Shown here piece by piece: positions 19,787-32,057 of a stretch of DNA of 64,000 nucleotides. The notes under the pieces are model-generated. The model worked only from the letters and a program-made list of their open reading frames with translations, was not told the origin of the DNA and made no database searches. The stretch's first letter is position 1; each line of letters begins with the position of its first letter. Source of the stretch: Rikenella sp. (GTDB lineage: Bacteria > Bacteroidota > Bacteroidia > Bacteroidales > Rikenellaceae); contig JAVBMY010000012.1 in NCBI GenBank assembly GCA_031551865.1, forward strand, positions 8,753-72,752, given 5' to 3'. The position numbers and the translations under genes are program-made.

Positions 19787-20035
19787 AGAGAAAAAACGTC
19801 CCGCACCAGCCGCCGAAACAGAGAAACTCGCGCCCACTCCGCAAGATGCAAAGCGTCTGGGTCTGTCGGTTACCATAAGCACTACACCCTTCGCGGAGAA
19901 AGAAGCGCCCACCCGCACCTGGCGAGTTCGCGAAGCGAACTGCGGGTGGGCCCCGGCCTCGCTAAGCATGGCTCTGCGCGTGCAGCCCGGCCGCCAAGCC
20001 CGGAGAAAGGCAGGCCTGCCTCACGGCAGGCCGCC
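19787..20035 (+). repeat. Mosaic repeat (A tail, B, D)
   Basis: cataagcactacacccttcgcggagaaagaagcgcccacccgca..tgcgggtgggc; ggagaaaggcaggcctgcc. Confidence 0.8.
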
Positions 20036-20118
20036 AAAAGAAACGGGGTACACAGACGCACCCCGACGACAAACCGCGACTCCGGCCCCACGACCGAAGA
20101 CCGTCCGAACCACACCGA

Positions 20119-20928
20119 ATGAAAACCTTCTGGAAGATACTCAACCTCACCCTGCTGCTGGCCGTGGCCGCCTACGCCGTGATCGCTATGCGCCACTGTT
20201 CGCAGCAAGCGCGCGCGCTCACGCTGGGCCGGTTGGAAATCGAAGTCGCCGACAGCGGCCAGGCCCGTTTCGTCACCCCCGAAGCCATCCGCCGCCACCT
20301 GGCCGACAGCCACCTCGCCAAACCCGGCACCTCCCTACAGTCCGTCGACACCTACGCGGTCGAACGCAGCCTGAGCGAGTGGCCCTACATCAGCGAAGCC
20401 GAAGCCTGGAAGACCCTCGACGGCATCCTCCGCATCCGGGTCAGCCAACGCCGCCCCGTGCTGCGCATCGTCAGCAGCAGCGGACACGACTTCTACATCG
20501 ACACCACCTACACCCGCCTCGAACCACAATCCCATTACACTCCCGGCGTGCCCGTAATCAGCGGCGACCCTGCGCTCGGTTTCCCGCCCGGCGAGTACGG
20601 CCCCCTCGACGAAAAAAAGTTCCCCGGCGAACGGGAAATGTTATATAAACTCACTAACTTTGCCGATAGGGTAAATTATGACCCGCTATTACGCGACCTC
20701 GTAGTACAAATCCACATCGACAGCGGCGGCGAGATACGCCTTCTGCCACGCGTCGGAACACAAATCATACTTTTCGGACCCTTGGGCAACGTTCAGGAGA
20801 ACGACGCCCGGCTCGAAAAGTTATCGCGTTTTTATAGCCGCAGCTTCGGCGACCAGTGGTGGCGCACCGCCCGGACCATCGACCTGCGCTATCAGGGACA
20901 AGTCGTCTGTTCGGCAACCGCCCCTTAG
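20119..20928 (+). CDS. ftsQ: Cell division protein FtsQ
   Basis: N-terminal TM, POTRA-like region (VSQRRPVLRI), IDLRYQGQVVC; precedes ftsA. Confidence 0.88.
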   Translation: MKTFWKILNLTLLLAVAAYAVIAMRHCSQQARALTLGRLEIEVADSGQARFVTPEAIRRHLADSHLAKPGTSLQSVDTYAVERSLSEWPYISEAEAWKTLDGILRIRVSQRRPVLRIVSSSGHDFYIDTTYTRLEPQSHYTPGVPVISGDPALGFPPGEYGPLDEKKFPGEREMLYKLTNFADRVNYDPLLRDLVVQIHIDSGGEIRLLPRVGTQIILFGPLGNVQENDARLEKLSRFYSRSFGDQWWRTARTIDLRYQGQVVCSATAP

Positions 20929-20997
20929 CCCCGGGCCGGTATGACCCGGCCGACCACAAAACCACACCCCCAGAGTCCTAAACACCCTCTCCGCCCC

Positions 20998-22527
20998 ATG
21001 GAAGAAAACAACGGATACGTAGCCGCAGTCGACCTCGGAACCACCAAAGTAGTGATGGCCGTAGGCCGCAAAGCCGACAAAAATAAAATCGAAGTGATCG
21101 CCATCAAGGAAGTCCCCTCGGTGGGCATCATGAAAGGCGACCTGCGCAACATCGAACAAACCTCGCAAGCTCTGCGCGAAGTGAAACAAAAGCTCGAAGC
21201 CGAGCACAACATCATCCTGCACGAAGCCTACGTGGGCGTGAGCGGCCAGCATATCCGCTGCAACCGCACCCAGGGCTACGTGTCGGTGCAGAGCGTCACC
21301 CCCAGCGGCGTGAGCGAAGTGCGCCAGCAAGACGTTCAGCGCCTGATCGACGACCAGCGCAACGCCTCGATCCCCGTGGGTCAGACCATCATCAGCATCC
21401 TGCCCCAATCCTTCATCCTCGACGGCGAAGACGACATCACCGAACCCGTGGGCATGGAAGGGCGCAAACTCGAAGCCAAATTCAACGTCATCATCGGCGA
21501 AGAGGCTTCGATCGAGCGTATCCACCGTTGTTTCCAGCGCGCCGGCCTGAAACTCTCAGGCATCGTGCTGCAACCCCTCGCCTCGGCCGAAGCCGTGCTG
21601 AGCGACGACGAAAAAGAACTTGGCGTGGCCGTCGTCGACATCGGAGGCGGCACCACCGACCTGTGCATCTACTACGACAAAGTGATCCGCCACATCGCCG
21701 TGATCCCCGTCGGAGGCAACATCATCAACAAAGACATCCACTCGTACGGCATCCTCAAGCGCTACATCGAGAAACTCAAGGTGAACTACGGCGAAGCAGT
21801 GCCCGAGCGCGCCACGGCCGACAAATACATCACCATTCCCAGCGTCGGCGGACAGGCCCCCAAAGAGATCGCCGTGCGCACGCTGGCCGGGATCATCGAA
21901 GCCCGCATGTACGACATCATCGAATACGTGAAACTCGAAATCGAGAAATGCGGCTACAAGAACAAACTCGGCGCCGGGATCGTGCTGACCGGGGGCGGAG
22001 CTAACCTCAAGAACCTCGACCTGCTGTTCAAAAGCAACACCGACATGGACGTGCGCGTGGGGCAGCCCACCGTTTACGTGACCCCCGAGAGCGCCGACCT
22101 GGTAGGCTCGCCCAAATACGCCACCCTCACGGGCATCATCCTCGACACCCTGCGCCAGGGCAAGACCACCGACATCGAAGCCCGGCCCGAAGGCTACATC
22201 GACTACAACGACATGCAGAGCGCCGAGAACTTCGACACCGGCAGCTCGGCGACCACGTCGGGCCCGACCGGCGCCGGCCCTGTTCCTTCGGCATCCACGG
22301 CCGCTACGGGCAATACCCCGCCTTTGGGGACCTCGCTGCCCCAGGGCGGTTACCGCCCCGACGGCCAGCCGGTGAACAACCAGTGGGAGCCCGAAGAACC
22401 CGAGTTCCCCGAAGGAGAGCCTAAAGTCAAGCGCCGCAGCCTGGGCCAACGCCTCAAGAAGACCTTCGACAGTATGTTCTCCGAACCCGAAGTCGACGAC
22501 GGCGAAGAGTACGACGGACGATATTAG
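20998..22527 (+). CDS. ftsA: Cell division protein FtsA
   Basis: DLGTTKVV, VDIGGGTTD, GIVLTGGGA; long P/S/T-rich linker before the C-terminal amphipathic helix. Confidence 0.95.
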   Translation: MEENNGYVAAVDLGTTKVVMAVGRKADKNKIEVIAIKEVPSVGIMKGDLRNIEQTSQALREVKQKLEAEHNIILHEAYVGVSGQHIRCNRTQGYVSVQSVTPSGVSEVRQQDVQRLIDDQRNASIPVGQTIISILPQSFILDGEDDITEPVGMEGRKLEAKFNVIIGEEASIERIHRCFQRAGLKLSGIVLQPLASAEAVLSDDEKELGVAVVDIGGGTTDLCIYYDKVIRHIAVIPVGGNIINKDIHSYGILKRYIEKLKVNYGEAVPERATADKYITIPSVGGQAPKEIAVRTLAGIIEARMYDIIEYVKLEIEKCGYKNKLGAGIVLTGGGANLKNLDLLFKSNTDMDVRVGQPTVYVTPESADLVGSPKYATLTGIILDTLRQGKTTDIEARPEGYIDYNDMQSAENFDTGSSATTSGPTGAGPVPSASTAATGNTPPLGTSLPQGGYRPDGQPVNNQWEPEEPEFPEGEPKVKRRSLGQRLKKTFDSMFSEPEVDDGEEYDGRY

Positions 22528-22536
22528 TCTGCGCAT

Positions 22537-22812
22537 AGAAGCGCCCACACCCACACACCCGAGGCACTGCGTGCCTGGGTGTGGCCGCTAAACATTTTTG
22601 ATGCAATCTCCGTTGAGAAAGAATCGGGCGCCCCTGCCCCGATCGCACAAAGCGCGAGGGGCGCCCGATAAGCTGCCGCCGGAGAAAGAAGCGCCCATCC
22701 GCAGGCGCCCAAGGTGCCTGCGGGTGGGCGTTCGGCCTCGCTGAGCACGCTCCGTGCATGCCGCTCGACCGCTAAGAAAGGCAGGCCTGCGTGCCTGCGG
22801 CACGCAGGCCAC
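22537..22812 (+). repeat. Mosaic repeat (A variant, B, D)
   Basis: ggagaaagaagcgcccatccgcagg..cctgcgggtgggcg; aagaaaggcaggcctgcgtgcc..ggcacgcaggcc. Confidence 0.8.
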
Positions 22813-22904
22813 CGCACACAAAATCCGCCCATCCCGGCACAGCTATTGCATACACCCTTTCCGGCTCCAACAACCTCCATACGACCAACGACTACCAGAA
22901 CCCC

Positions 22905-24446
22905 ATGAGCATCCATTTCGACGACATAGAACCCTACGACTCCTCGATCATCATGGTGATCGGCGTGGGCGGCGGCGGCGGCAACGCCGTGAACCACATG
23001 TACAAACTCGGCATCGCCGACGTATCGTTCATGGTCTGCAACACCGACCGCCAGGCGCTTGAACGCAGCCCCATCACCAACAAAGTCCGCTTGGGCGACC
23101 AGGAGCTCGGCGCCGGCAACGACCCCGAAGCCGGACGCCTCGCCGCCGAAGCCAGCATTGAAGAAGTCAAAGAGATCCTCCGCGACAAGAACATCCGGAT
23201 GGTCTTCATCACCGCCGGCATGGGTGGCGGCACCGGTACCGGCGCCGCCCCCGTCATTGCCCGCGCCGCCAAAGAGATGGGTATCCTGACCGTCGCCATC
23301 GTCACCATCCCCTTTAAAACCGAAGGCCCCCGCCGCGTCGAACAGGCCATCGAAGGCATCACCGCCATCAGCCGGAACGTCGACTCGCTGCTCGTGGTCG
23401 ACAACGAAAACATCCTCGAAATCTACGGCGACCTGGCCATGTCCAAAGCCTTCGGCATGGCCGACGACATCCTGGCCAGCGCCGCCAAAGGTATCGCCGA
23501 AATCATCACCAAAGACTACCTGGTGAACGTCGACTTTGCCGACGTGCGGACCATCATGACCGACAGCGGCATCGCCCTGATGGGCTCGGCCCGCGGCAAC
23601 GGCCCCGAGCGCGTCGAACAAGTCGCCCGGCAGGCCATGGCCTCGCCCCTGCTCAACCACAAAGAGATCAAAGGCGCCCACAAAGTACTGCTGAACATCA
23701 CTTCGGGCCCCGGCAACGAAGTCACCATGTCCGAAGCCTACCGGATCACCGAACTCGTGCAACAACTCACCGGCAACAACGACGCCACCAACATCATCTG
23801 GGGCGGCGGCGTCGACGACTCGCTGGGCGAAGACCTCTGCATTACCGTCGTGGCCACCGGATTCGAACTCGAAGACAGCATTTCCGACTCGATCAAAAAA
23901 CGCTACCCCAACGTTCTCAAGCCCGTCCACCCGACCATCACCCAGCCCGCCCCCCGTCCGCAACGCGAGACCGTGTCGCTCGAAGACGACGATGACGCCG
24001 GGAAAAAGCCCGTACAGGCACCGCCCGCACCCGACGAACTCGGCGTGGTGACCCACAGTAGCAGCGGCAGCCCCTCCGGCGACGACGGCTGGGACGATCC
24101 CCAACCCGCCCCGGTACCCCCCGTCCGCCAACGCATCGGCGAAGACGGCCCGGCCCCACACACTGCCCCGCACGCGGAACAACCCATTTCCGTACAGGTT
24201 CCCCAAACCGAACCCGTACCCGCACAAGCCGGATATACCCCCGAGCCCCCGGTAGCCCCATCCGGCGGATCGCCCGAACCCGCGCGCTACATCAACCTGA
24301 CCGAAGAGGAACTCGATATTCCCGCCTACATCCGCCGCCAGCGCAAGATCGAAAGCGAGGCCCCGGCCGGCAAGGTATCGCGTGAGAAACTCGAAGGCGA
24401 GGCCGCCGACAAAAGCACCGTCAAACCCGACAACGAGTTGTTCTAA
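22905..24446 (+). CDS. ftsZ: Cell division protein FtsZ
   Basis: GVGGGGGNAV, GMGGGTGTG, NVDFADV, C-terminal LDIPAYIRR. Confidence 0.98.
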   Translation: MSIHFDDIEPYDSSIIMVIGVGGGGGNAVNHMYKLGIADVSFMVCNTDRQALERSPITNKVRLGDQELGAGNDPEAGRLAAEASIEEVKEILRDKNIRMVFITAGMGGGTGTGAAPVIARAAKEMGILTVAIVTIPFKTEGPRRVEQAIEGITAISRNVDSLLVVDNENILEIYGDLAMSKAFGMADDILASAAKGIAEIITKDYLVNVDFADVRTIMTDSGIALMGSARGNGPERVEQVARQAMASPLLNHKEIKGAHKVLLNITSGPGNEVTMSEAYRITELVQQLTGNNDATNIIWGGGVDDSLGEDLCITVVATGFELEDSISDSIKKRYPNVLKPVHPTITQPAPRPQRETVSLEDDDDAGKKPVQAPPAPDELGVVTHSSSGSPSGDDGWDDPQPAPVPPVRQRIGEDGPAPHTAPHAEQPISVQVPQTEPVPAQAGYTPEPPVAPSGGSPEPARYINLTEEELDIPAYIRRQRKIESEAPAGKVSREKLEGEAADKSTVKPDNELF

Positions 24447-24453
24447 TTTTTTA

Positions 24454-24559
24454 ATGCCATCCCGAGCGAAGCCGAGGGAACTTTCCAATAACAGGTGTAG
24501 ACCACAGGTACGGGTCTGCCTCTTATTGGAAAGTTCCCTCGGCTTCGCTCGGGATGACG
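24454..24559. repeat. REP-like inverted dimer (GTCA/CGTC-type), 34-bp perfect arms
   Basis: 24458-24491 is the exact reverse complement of 24523-24556. Confidence 0.9.
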
Positions 24560-24618
24560 TATTTGAAGTCGGGAAGTTTCTCCCCATTCCGTCCATTTTT
24601 ATTACCTTTGGGGTCGCC

Positions 24619-25203
24619 ATGTTTCGGACCACCATCACCAACGACGAGATCAATCAAATGCCCGTGGAGCAATTCCGCGGCCGTATCCTCGTGGTCGATG
24701 ACGAAAAGTCTATGCACAAGGCCGGGCAAATCCTGCAAGGCGAGACCCTGCTCGGTTTCGACACCGAAACCCGTCCCGCCTTCACCAAAGGCGTACAGCA
24801 CGACACCGCCCTGGTGCAAATCTCAACCGCCGACACCGCCCTGCTCTTCCGGCTCAAACACATCCGTTTTTCGGACGACGTGCGCCGCGTGCTCGAATCG
24901 CCCCGCGTGCTGAAGATCGGCGCCGCGATCCGCGACGACATCAAAGGCATGCAGAAGATGAGCCACCTGCGGCCGGGCGGCTTCGTCGATCTGCAATCCA
25001 TCGTCGGCCGCTGGGGCATCAACGAGCTGAGTGTCAAAAAGATGGCCGCTATCGTGCTGGGCATCAAAGTTTCCAAAGCACAGCGCCTGACCAACTGGGA
25101 GGCTGCCTCGCTCACCCCGGCCCAGCAAAGTTACGCCGCCACCGACGCCTGGGTCTGCCGCGAGATCTACCTCAGGCTTCAGCAGGCCCCCCCGCTGAAA
25201 TAA
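24619..25203 (+). CDS. 3'-5' exonuclease (DEDDy, WRN/RNase D-like)
   Basis: GFDTETRP, DLQ, YAATDAW. Confidence 0.9.
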   Translation: MFRTTITNDEINQMPVEQFRGRILVVDDEKSMHKAGQILQGETLLGFDTETRPAFTKGVQHDTALVQISTADTALLFRLKHIRFSDDVRRVLESPRVLKIGAAIRDDIKGMQKMSHLRPGGFVDLQSIVGRWGINELSVKKMAAIVLGIKVSKAQRLTNWEAASLTPAQQSYAATDAWVCREIYLRLQQAPPLK

Positions 25204-25499
25204 TTTCCCCGCTGCCGGAATCCCTCCACCGAACCCAACACCTTCACTACTCTCCGACCGACCCAAGGGGTTCTGGCCCCGCCGCTGAAATAATTTCCCG
25301 GACAACCGGAGTGCTGCGCTCTCAAACCAGGCAACGAACAATTTTCGGGACAATAACAGTCCGCTCTTCGGACACCTCATCAATACGTTCCGGCAAGCCT
25401 CTACGCTTGCCGGAACGTGTTTTATTCTATGCAATGGACAAGGCCCCGGAAAATTCCCTACCTTTGGAAAATCCAAAACCATTCACACGAAACACTCCG

Positions 25500-26789
25500 A
25501 TGGAAACATCCCGACACCTTAGCCTGCTGACCTTTGTCGCCGCGTTGCTTTGCGCCGGGTCGGCTGCTTGTGAAACCGCTTATGCGGCCCCGGCGCCGAA
25601 AAAAGCAAAGAAACAACCCGCCGCCGAAACCGTAACCCCGCGACTGACCGTGATTGTCGAAAACGCCGGCGACAGCCTCTACGTCGAACCAGTGAACGTC
25701 CGCACCGAAGACCGCTCGCAAGGCTCAAAACTTGTCAAATACGCGGATTGCATTATTTCGTCCGGTGGCCGCTGGACAGTCGACGTGCCCGATGACGGCG
25801 ACCTCTACCGTATGACCGTCGTGGCGTTCAAAAACGACACCCTTTTTCACGACAAGCTCCGCGAGCGGCTACAAAACGCCAAATTCTACATCGCTCCCGG
25901 CGAACACCTCACCCTGCGCGGCACACTGACCGACTCGGTGTTCTATTACGAGATCTCCGGTTCGCCCGCCTATGAGACCTTCGGTAAACTGCGCCGCGAG
26001 GGATGGGTGGGCTACGAGATCGAACAACAACAAATCTACAAGCAAATGAGTGCCGCGCGACAAGCGAACGATGCAACCAAATACTACGCCCTGCGCCCCA
26101 CATACGACCGCCTCGACAGCCTGCTCAAAGCCGCGCAGGTATCCGCCTTCGAAGCCCACCGCACCGAACCCGTGGCCGCCCTGTTGTTTTTAGAAATATA
26201 CTCCGGCGACAGCATCAGCCTGTCCCGCTACCACGCCATGTCCGAAGCCGTGCGCAACGGCCCCTACCGGCAGACACTCGACGCCGGGATGGAGTTCATC
26301 TCCGAACGCCTCGAAAGCAAAGACAGCTACACCCGGATACAACCCGGCGCTCTGGCCCCCGACTTTACAGGCATCGGGCTCGACAGCACCCTGTTCAACC
26401 TGCACTCGCTGTTCGGCAAGGGCAAATACACCCTGCTCGACTTCGGGTTCCTGGCTTGCGCCGGCTGCCACGCCATCGTCCCCGAGCTCAAAGCGGTCTA
26501 CGAACGCCGGAAAGAGATCCTCGAGATCGTCTATGTCAACATCGACGGCGATGACATCTGGTTTGAAAAACAGTTGTGGCATTACTTCCGGCACCCGTGG
26601 ATCAGCGTGAGCAACCATCCCTCGCGCGACGCCGTGAACGTGAACATCGCCTACGGCCTGCAAGCCTATCCGACCCTCATCCTGATCGACCCTCAAGGTA
26701 AGATCGTATGGCGCGGCATCACGAACGTCGGCGAGATGGAAGCGACCCTCGACAAGTTGACCCGCACGGGGGACACCGCATCGAAATAA
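25500..26789 (+). CDS. TlpA-family thioredoxin-like protein with N-terminal extracytoplasmic domain
   Basis: Signal peptide; APDF..LLDF..CAGC; AYPTLILIDPQGKIV. Confidence 0.82.
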   Translation: METSRHLSLLTFVAALLCAGSAACETAYAAPAPKKAKKQPAAETVTPRLTVIVENAGDSLYVEPVNVRTEDRSQGSKLVKYADCIISSGGRWTVDVPDDGDLYRMTVVAFKNDTLFHDKLRERLQNAKFYIAPGEHLTLRGTLTDSVFYYEISGSPAYETFGKLRREGWVGYEIEQQQIYKQMSAARQANDATKYYALRPTYDRLDSLLKAAQVSAFEAHRTEPVAALLFLEIYSGDSISLSRYHAMSEAVRNGPYRQTLDAGMEFISERLESKDSYTRIQPGALAPDFTGIGLDSTLFNLHSLFGKGKYTLLDFGFLACAGCHAIVPELKAVYERRKEILEIVYVNIDGDDIWFEKQLWHYFRHPWISVSNHPSRDAVNVNIAYGLQAYPTLILIDPQGKIVWRGITNVGEMEATLDKLTRTGDTASK

Positions 26790-26936
26790 TGCTTACCTTC
26801 GGGCTTTCAAAAAAAGCGGCCTTTTCATACCAAAAAAGAGTCGCCCGAAAAAGCCCAATACAAACCCTTGCGCCTTCGGAGAACCGCTCGGAACGAATGA
26901 GAAACTCCCCGAGGCCGATCAAGCTAACCCAACGCC

Positions 26937-28370
<1,434 letters not shown>

Positions 28371-28420
28371 GGTTCTGCTCTGACCGCGGGATAGCATCGT
28401 TCTTCTTTTTCAAAAGACGG

Positions 28421-28500
28421 GCTGACGCTGGCAGTGAGTGCAATCAAGTTTGCTTGCATTGCCGAGCGCCGAGGAGGAAAAGGCCACGCAGTGGACTTAA
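28421..28500 (-). repeat. T module copy
   Basis: Reverse complement ttaagtccactgcgtggccttttcctcctcggcgctcggcaatgcaagc..attgcactc matches 12981, 30146 and 49397. Confidence 0.85.
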
Positions 28501-28768
28501 CCAAGAAAACTTTTCTGAATGCTCCGCATTCCTCTTTTCAGCATTGCGGCGAAGAGGTGCGTAGCGCCTCGTGAATCTGATTACGAAAACCCATCTTGAA
28601 AGCAAGCTTTCGAAGTGATCTTTCGTAATCAAATTCATAATTCAATGCCTTCGGCATTTTTGCCACAATGAGAAATAGGCAGGAAACGTAATTTCCAAAA
28701 AAGTTCTTTTAATTCTTTTCTTTCAAGAAAAGAATGCCCGCCCGGCGAGGGCGTCAAATTATAAGCGC

Positions 28769-30109
28769 ATGGCAGACAGGAAATTCATTGTGGTGATCGG
28801 AGGCGGCGAGAGCGGCTACGGTTCGGCGGTCTTGGCGCAGGAACAGGGCTTTGAGGTGTTGGTGAGCGATAGCGGGGCCATTAAGGAGCCTTACCGTTCG
28901 CAGTTGGCCGAACGCGGGATAGCCTTCGAGGAAGGTGGGCACAGCGAAGAGAAGATACTCGGCGCCGCCGAGATCATCAAAAGTCCCGGCGTGCCCGATA
29001 GCGCACCCTTGATCGTGAGAGCAAGGGAGCGAGGGATTCCCATCATCTCCGAGATCGAATTCGCCGGTCGCTATACCGGCGGCGCAAAGACCATCTGCAT
29101 CACCGGCAGCAACGGTAAAACCACCACCACCTCGCTGATATATGAGATCCTGCGCGGGGCGGGTTTCGACGCCGAGTGCTGCGGCAACATCGGGCGGAGC
29201 TTCGCCCAGGTTGTCGCCGAGCGCGGCGAGCGGCAACCCCGGTGGTACGTGCTTGAGATCAGCAGTTTCCAGCTCGACGGCATGTACGATTTCCGCGCCG
29301 ACATCGCCCTGCTGCTCAACATCACCCCCGACCATCTCGACCGCTACGACCACCGCATGGCGCTGTACTCCTCCAGCAAATTCCGTGTGGCGCGTAACCA
29401 GCGCCCTGGCGACACGTTCGTCTACTGCGCCGACGACCCCGAGATAGGGAGCGGTTTAGCTGACGCCCCCGGTGCAGCCGTACGGGTTCCCTTTTCGGTG
29501 ACGCGTCCCGTGGCCGGCGCCTGGTTCGACGGCACCCTGCTCCACTTCGAAGACTTTTCCTTTCCAGCCCCGGCGCTGAAAATCAAAGGGCTGCATAACA
29601 TCCTCAACGCACTGGCCGCCATCGTGGCCACCCTGCGGGCCGGCGCCGCCCCCGAAGCCGTGGCCAGCGGACTCGAAACCTTCGCAGGCGTCGAGCACCG
29701 CCTCGAACACGTGCGCTATGTAGGCAACGTCGAATACATCAACGACTCGAAAGCCACCAACGTCGCCTCGGTGCGCTACGCCCTCCAATCCATGACCCGC
29801 CCCACCGTCTGGATCGCCGGGGGCACCGACAAAGGCAACGACTACAAAGAGATCGAGTCCCTCGTGCGCGAACACGTCAAAGCCCTCGTCTGCCTGGGCG
29901 CCGACAACGCCAAACTCGTCAAAGCCTTCACCGGCGTGGTGCCCGAAATCTACGACACTCATTCGTTGGAAGAGGCCATTGCCGCCTGCCGCCGCGCTGC
30001 CGCGAGCGGCGACATCGTACTGCTCTCGCCCGCCTGCGCAAGCTTCGACCTGTTCCGGAACTACGAAGATCGCGGCCGGCAGTTCAAGGCCGCCGTGAAG
30101 GCGCTGTAA
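28769..30109 (+). CDS. murD: UDP-MurNAc-L-Ala--D-Glu ligase
   Basis: GGGESG, ITGSNGKTTT, LEISSFQL, PDHLDRY, NDSKATN, SPACASFD. Confidence 0.97.
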   Translation: MADRKFIVVIGGGESGYGSAVLAQEQGFEVLVSDSGAIKEPYRSQLAERGIAFEEGGHSEEKILGAAEIIKSPGVPDSAPLIVRARERGIPIISEIEFAGRYTGGAKTICITGSNGKTTTTSLIYEILRGAGFDAECCGNIGRSFAQVVAERGERQPRWYVLEISSFQLDGMYDFRADIALLLNITPDHLDRYDHRMALYSSSKFRVARNQRPGDTFVYCADDPEIGSGLADAPGAAVRVPFSVTRPVAGAWFDGTLLHFEDFSFPAPALKIKGLHNILNALAAIVATLRAGAAPEAVASGLETFAGVEHRLEHVRYVGNVEYINDSKATNVASVRYALQSMTRPTVWIAGGTDKGNDYKEIESLVREHVKALVCLGADNAKLVKAFTGVVPEIYDTHSLEEAIAACRRAAASGDIVLLSPACASFDLFRNYEDRGRQFKAAVKAL

Positions 30110-30111
30110 GC

Positions 30112-30480
30112 AAAAGGCGGCCACCCCACCCCCGCGAGCGGCCTTTGAGTCCTTCGGTCTCCTGCTCCTTGTGCCTCAGCAATTCAAGCAAGCTTGATTG
30201 CACTCGGCTACTGCGTCGCTCGTGCGCTGGGGTGGCCGCGGTATAAGCATTGCACCCTTCGCGGAGAAATTCGCGCCCACCCCCCTCGGGGGGGGCGCGC
30301 TCCCTCGCCGACAAATGCCTGACGGCATTCGCGGCTCAGTCGATACGGCCCCTACGGGGCCGCCGAGCCGCGCACTTCGCGACTAAAGTCGCTCCGTGAC
30401 GCGGCCGCTACGGCCTCGCGGAGTTTACCCGGCCGAAGCTGCGAGGAACGAAGCAGGCAGCCGAATGGGCGAGGCCTCCA
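30112..30480 (+). repeat. Most complete mosaic repeat: A[T nested]-B-C-D[Z nested]
   Basis: A 30116-30268 with T at about 30146-30218; C 30333-30365 identical to 60419-60451; Z 30421-30468. Confidence 0.9.
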
Positions 30481-30553
30481 TCGACACCGAGAGTCTCCGG
30501 ATGCCGCCTACAACCCGAAAACCCCGAACCATTAGCTATCAACCTACACGCCG

Positions 30554-31804
30554 ATGTTCTACCACTTAGCAGACTACCTCCGTTCCAATTTCGACACCCC
30601 CGGCGCCGGGATGTTCGCCTACATCTCGTTCCGCTCGGCGGGCGCCATCGTACTAGCCCTTGTCATAGGGCTGATCTTCGGCAAAAGGATCATCAAGTTC
30701 CTGCAACGCAAACAGATCGGCGAAGACATCCGCGACCTCGGCCTCGACGGCCAGATGCAAAAGAAAGGTACCCCCACCATGGGCGGCCTGATCATTCTGG
30801 GCGCCATCCTGATCCCCGTGCTGCTGCTCGCCGACCTGACCAATACCTACGTCTGGCTTATGCTTGCCGCCACCGTGTGGCTCGGCTTCATCGGCTTCAT
30901 CGATGACTACATCAAGGTTTTCAAAAAACGTAAAGAAGGCCTCAAGGGCCGTGTCAAGATCCTCGGGCAAGTGGTGCTCGGCGTGCTTGTGGGTACCACC
31001 GTCTGGCTCAGCGGCGACATCACCGTGCGCGAACCCGTGCCCCGCAACACCCACGGCGTCGAGCGCGTCGAAGCCGAAGACCTCGTGAACCAGCGCAAAG
31101 TGGTCTACCTTTCGGCCCCCGAGAAGTCGACCGCGACTACCGTCCCCTTCTTCAAGAACAGCGAACTCGACTACCGCGACCTGGTGCCCGCCGAAGGCAA
31201 GCTGGGCGACACGCTGGGCTGGCTGCTCTACATACTGGTGGCGATCATCGTCATCACAGCCGTGTCGAACGGCACCAACCTGACCGACGGCCTCGACGGG
31301 CTGGCGGCCGGAACGTCGGCCATCATCATCCTGGTGCTCGGCTTTTTGGCCTACCTGTCGGGCAACGTGATCTACTCCGACTACCTGAGCATCATGAACA
31401 TTCCGGGCAGCGGCGAACTGATGATCTTCGCGGCGGCCTGCCTCGGGGCCCTGCTGGGGTTCCTGTGGTACAACGGCTATCCGGCGCAAGTGTTTATGGG
31501 CGACACGGGGAGCCTCGCCATCGGCGGTATCATCGCCACGTTCGCTTTGCTGATCCGCAAGGAGCTGCTGTTGCCGATCCTGTGCGGTATCTTCCTCGTG
31601 GAAAGCTGTTCGGTGATGATCCAGGTGTCGTGGTTCAAATACACCAAAAAGAAGTACGGCGAAGGCCGCCGCGTGTTCCTGATGACGCCCCTGCACCACC
31701 ACTACCAGAAGAAAAACTACCACGAGAATAAGATCGTGTTGCGCTTCTGGATCGTCCAGCTCATGCTCGCCGCCATCACCCTGATGACCCTCAAGATCCG
31801 GTAG
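30554..31804 (+). CDS. mraY: Phospho-MurNAc-pentapeptide transferase
   Basis: [37 protein letters not shown]. Confidence 0.97.
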   Translation: MFYHLADYLRSNFDTPGAGMFAYISFRSAGAIVLALVIGLIFGKRIIKFLQRKQIGEDIRDLGLDGQMQKKGTPTMGGLIILGAILIPVLLLADLTNTYVWLMLAATVWLGFIGFIDDYIKVFKKRKEGLKGRVKILGQVVLGVLVGTTVWLSGDITVREPVPRNTHGVERVEAEDLVNQRKVVYLSAPEKSTATTVPFFKNSELDYRDLVPAEGKLGDTLGWLLYILVAIIVITAVSNGTNLTDGLDGLAAGTSAIIILVLGFLAYLSGNVIYSDYLSIMNIPGSGELMIFAAACLGALLGFLWYNGYPAQVFMGDTGSLAIGGIIATFALLIRKELLLPILCGIFLVESCSVMIQVSWFKYTKKKYGEGRRVFLMTPLHHHYQKKNYHENKIVLRFWIVQLMLAAITLMTLKIR

Positions 31805-31851
31805 CCACGCGCCCCCTTTCTCTACGAACGGCCCTTATTAACTCCGTCATT

Positions 31852-31956
31852 CCCCGTCATTGCGGGGAGCATAAAACGCGACGAAGCAATCTTCCTATTC
31901 AATGAACGGGAAGATTGCTTCGTCGGCTTTTACAAAGCCTTCTCGCAATGACGGGG
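31852..31956. repeat. CGTC-type REP inverted dimer between convergent mraY and murE
   Basis: ccccgtcattgcg..gcgacgaagcaatcttcc / ggaagattgcttcgtcg..cgcaatgacgggg. Confidence 0.85.
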
Positions 31957-32057
31957 TCAGAGACCCCTTTATTAACCAAAACCTCAGGAACTCCTAGGCG
32001 GTTCAAGGGCAAAAACACCAGAGTATGCAGACATACCGCGACGAGCGCGACACCGTA

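Noticed and set aside
16638-25499. Long N-terminal extensions in the ORF track for murC, murG, ftsA, ftsZ, the exonuclease and TlpA (also mreC, rodA, TPR, murE)
   Set aside because: They run through intergenic or repeat DNA; downstream ATGs match family N-termini and promoter positions.
31835-31977. ttattaac on both sides of the REP dimer as a target-site duplication
   Set aside because: It is only 8 bp, not flush with the element ends, and not seen at the other REP copies.
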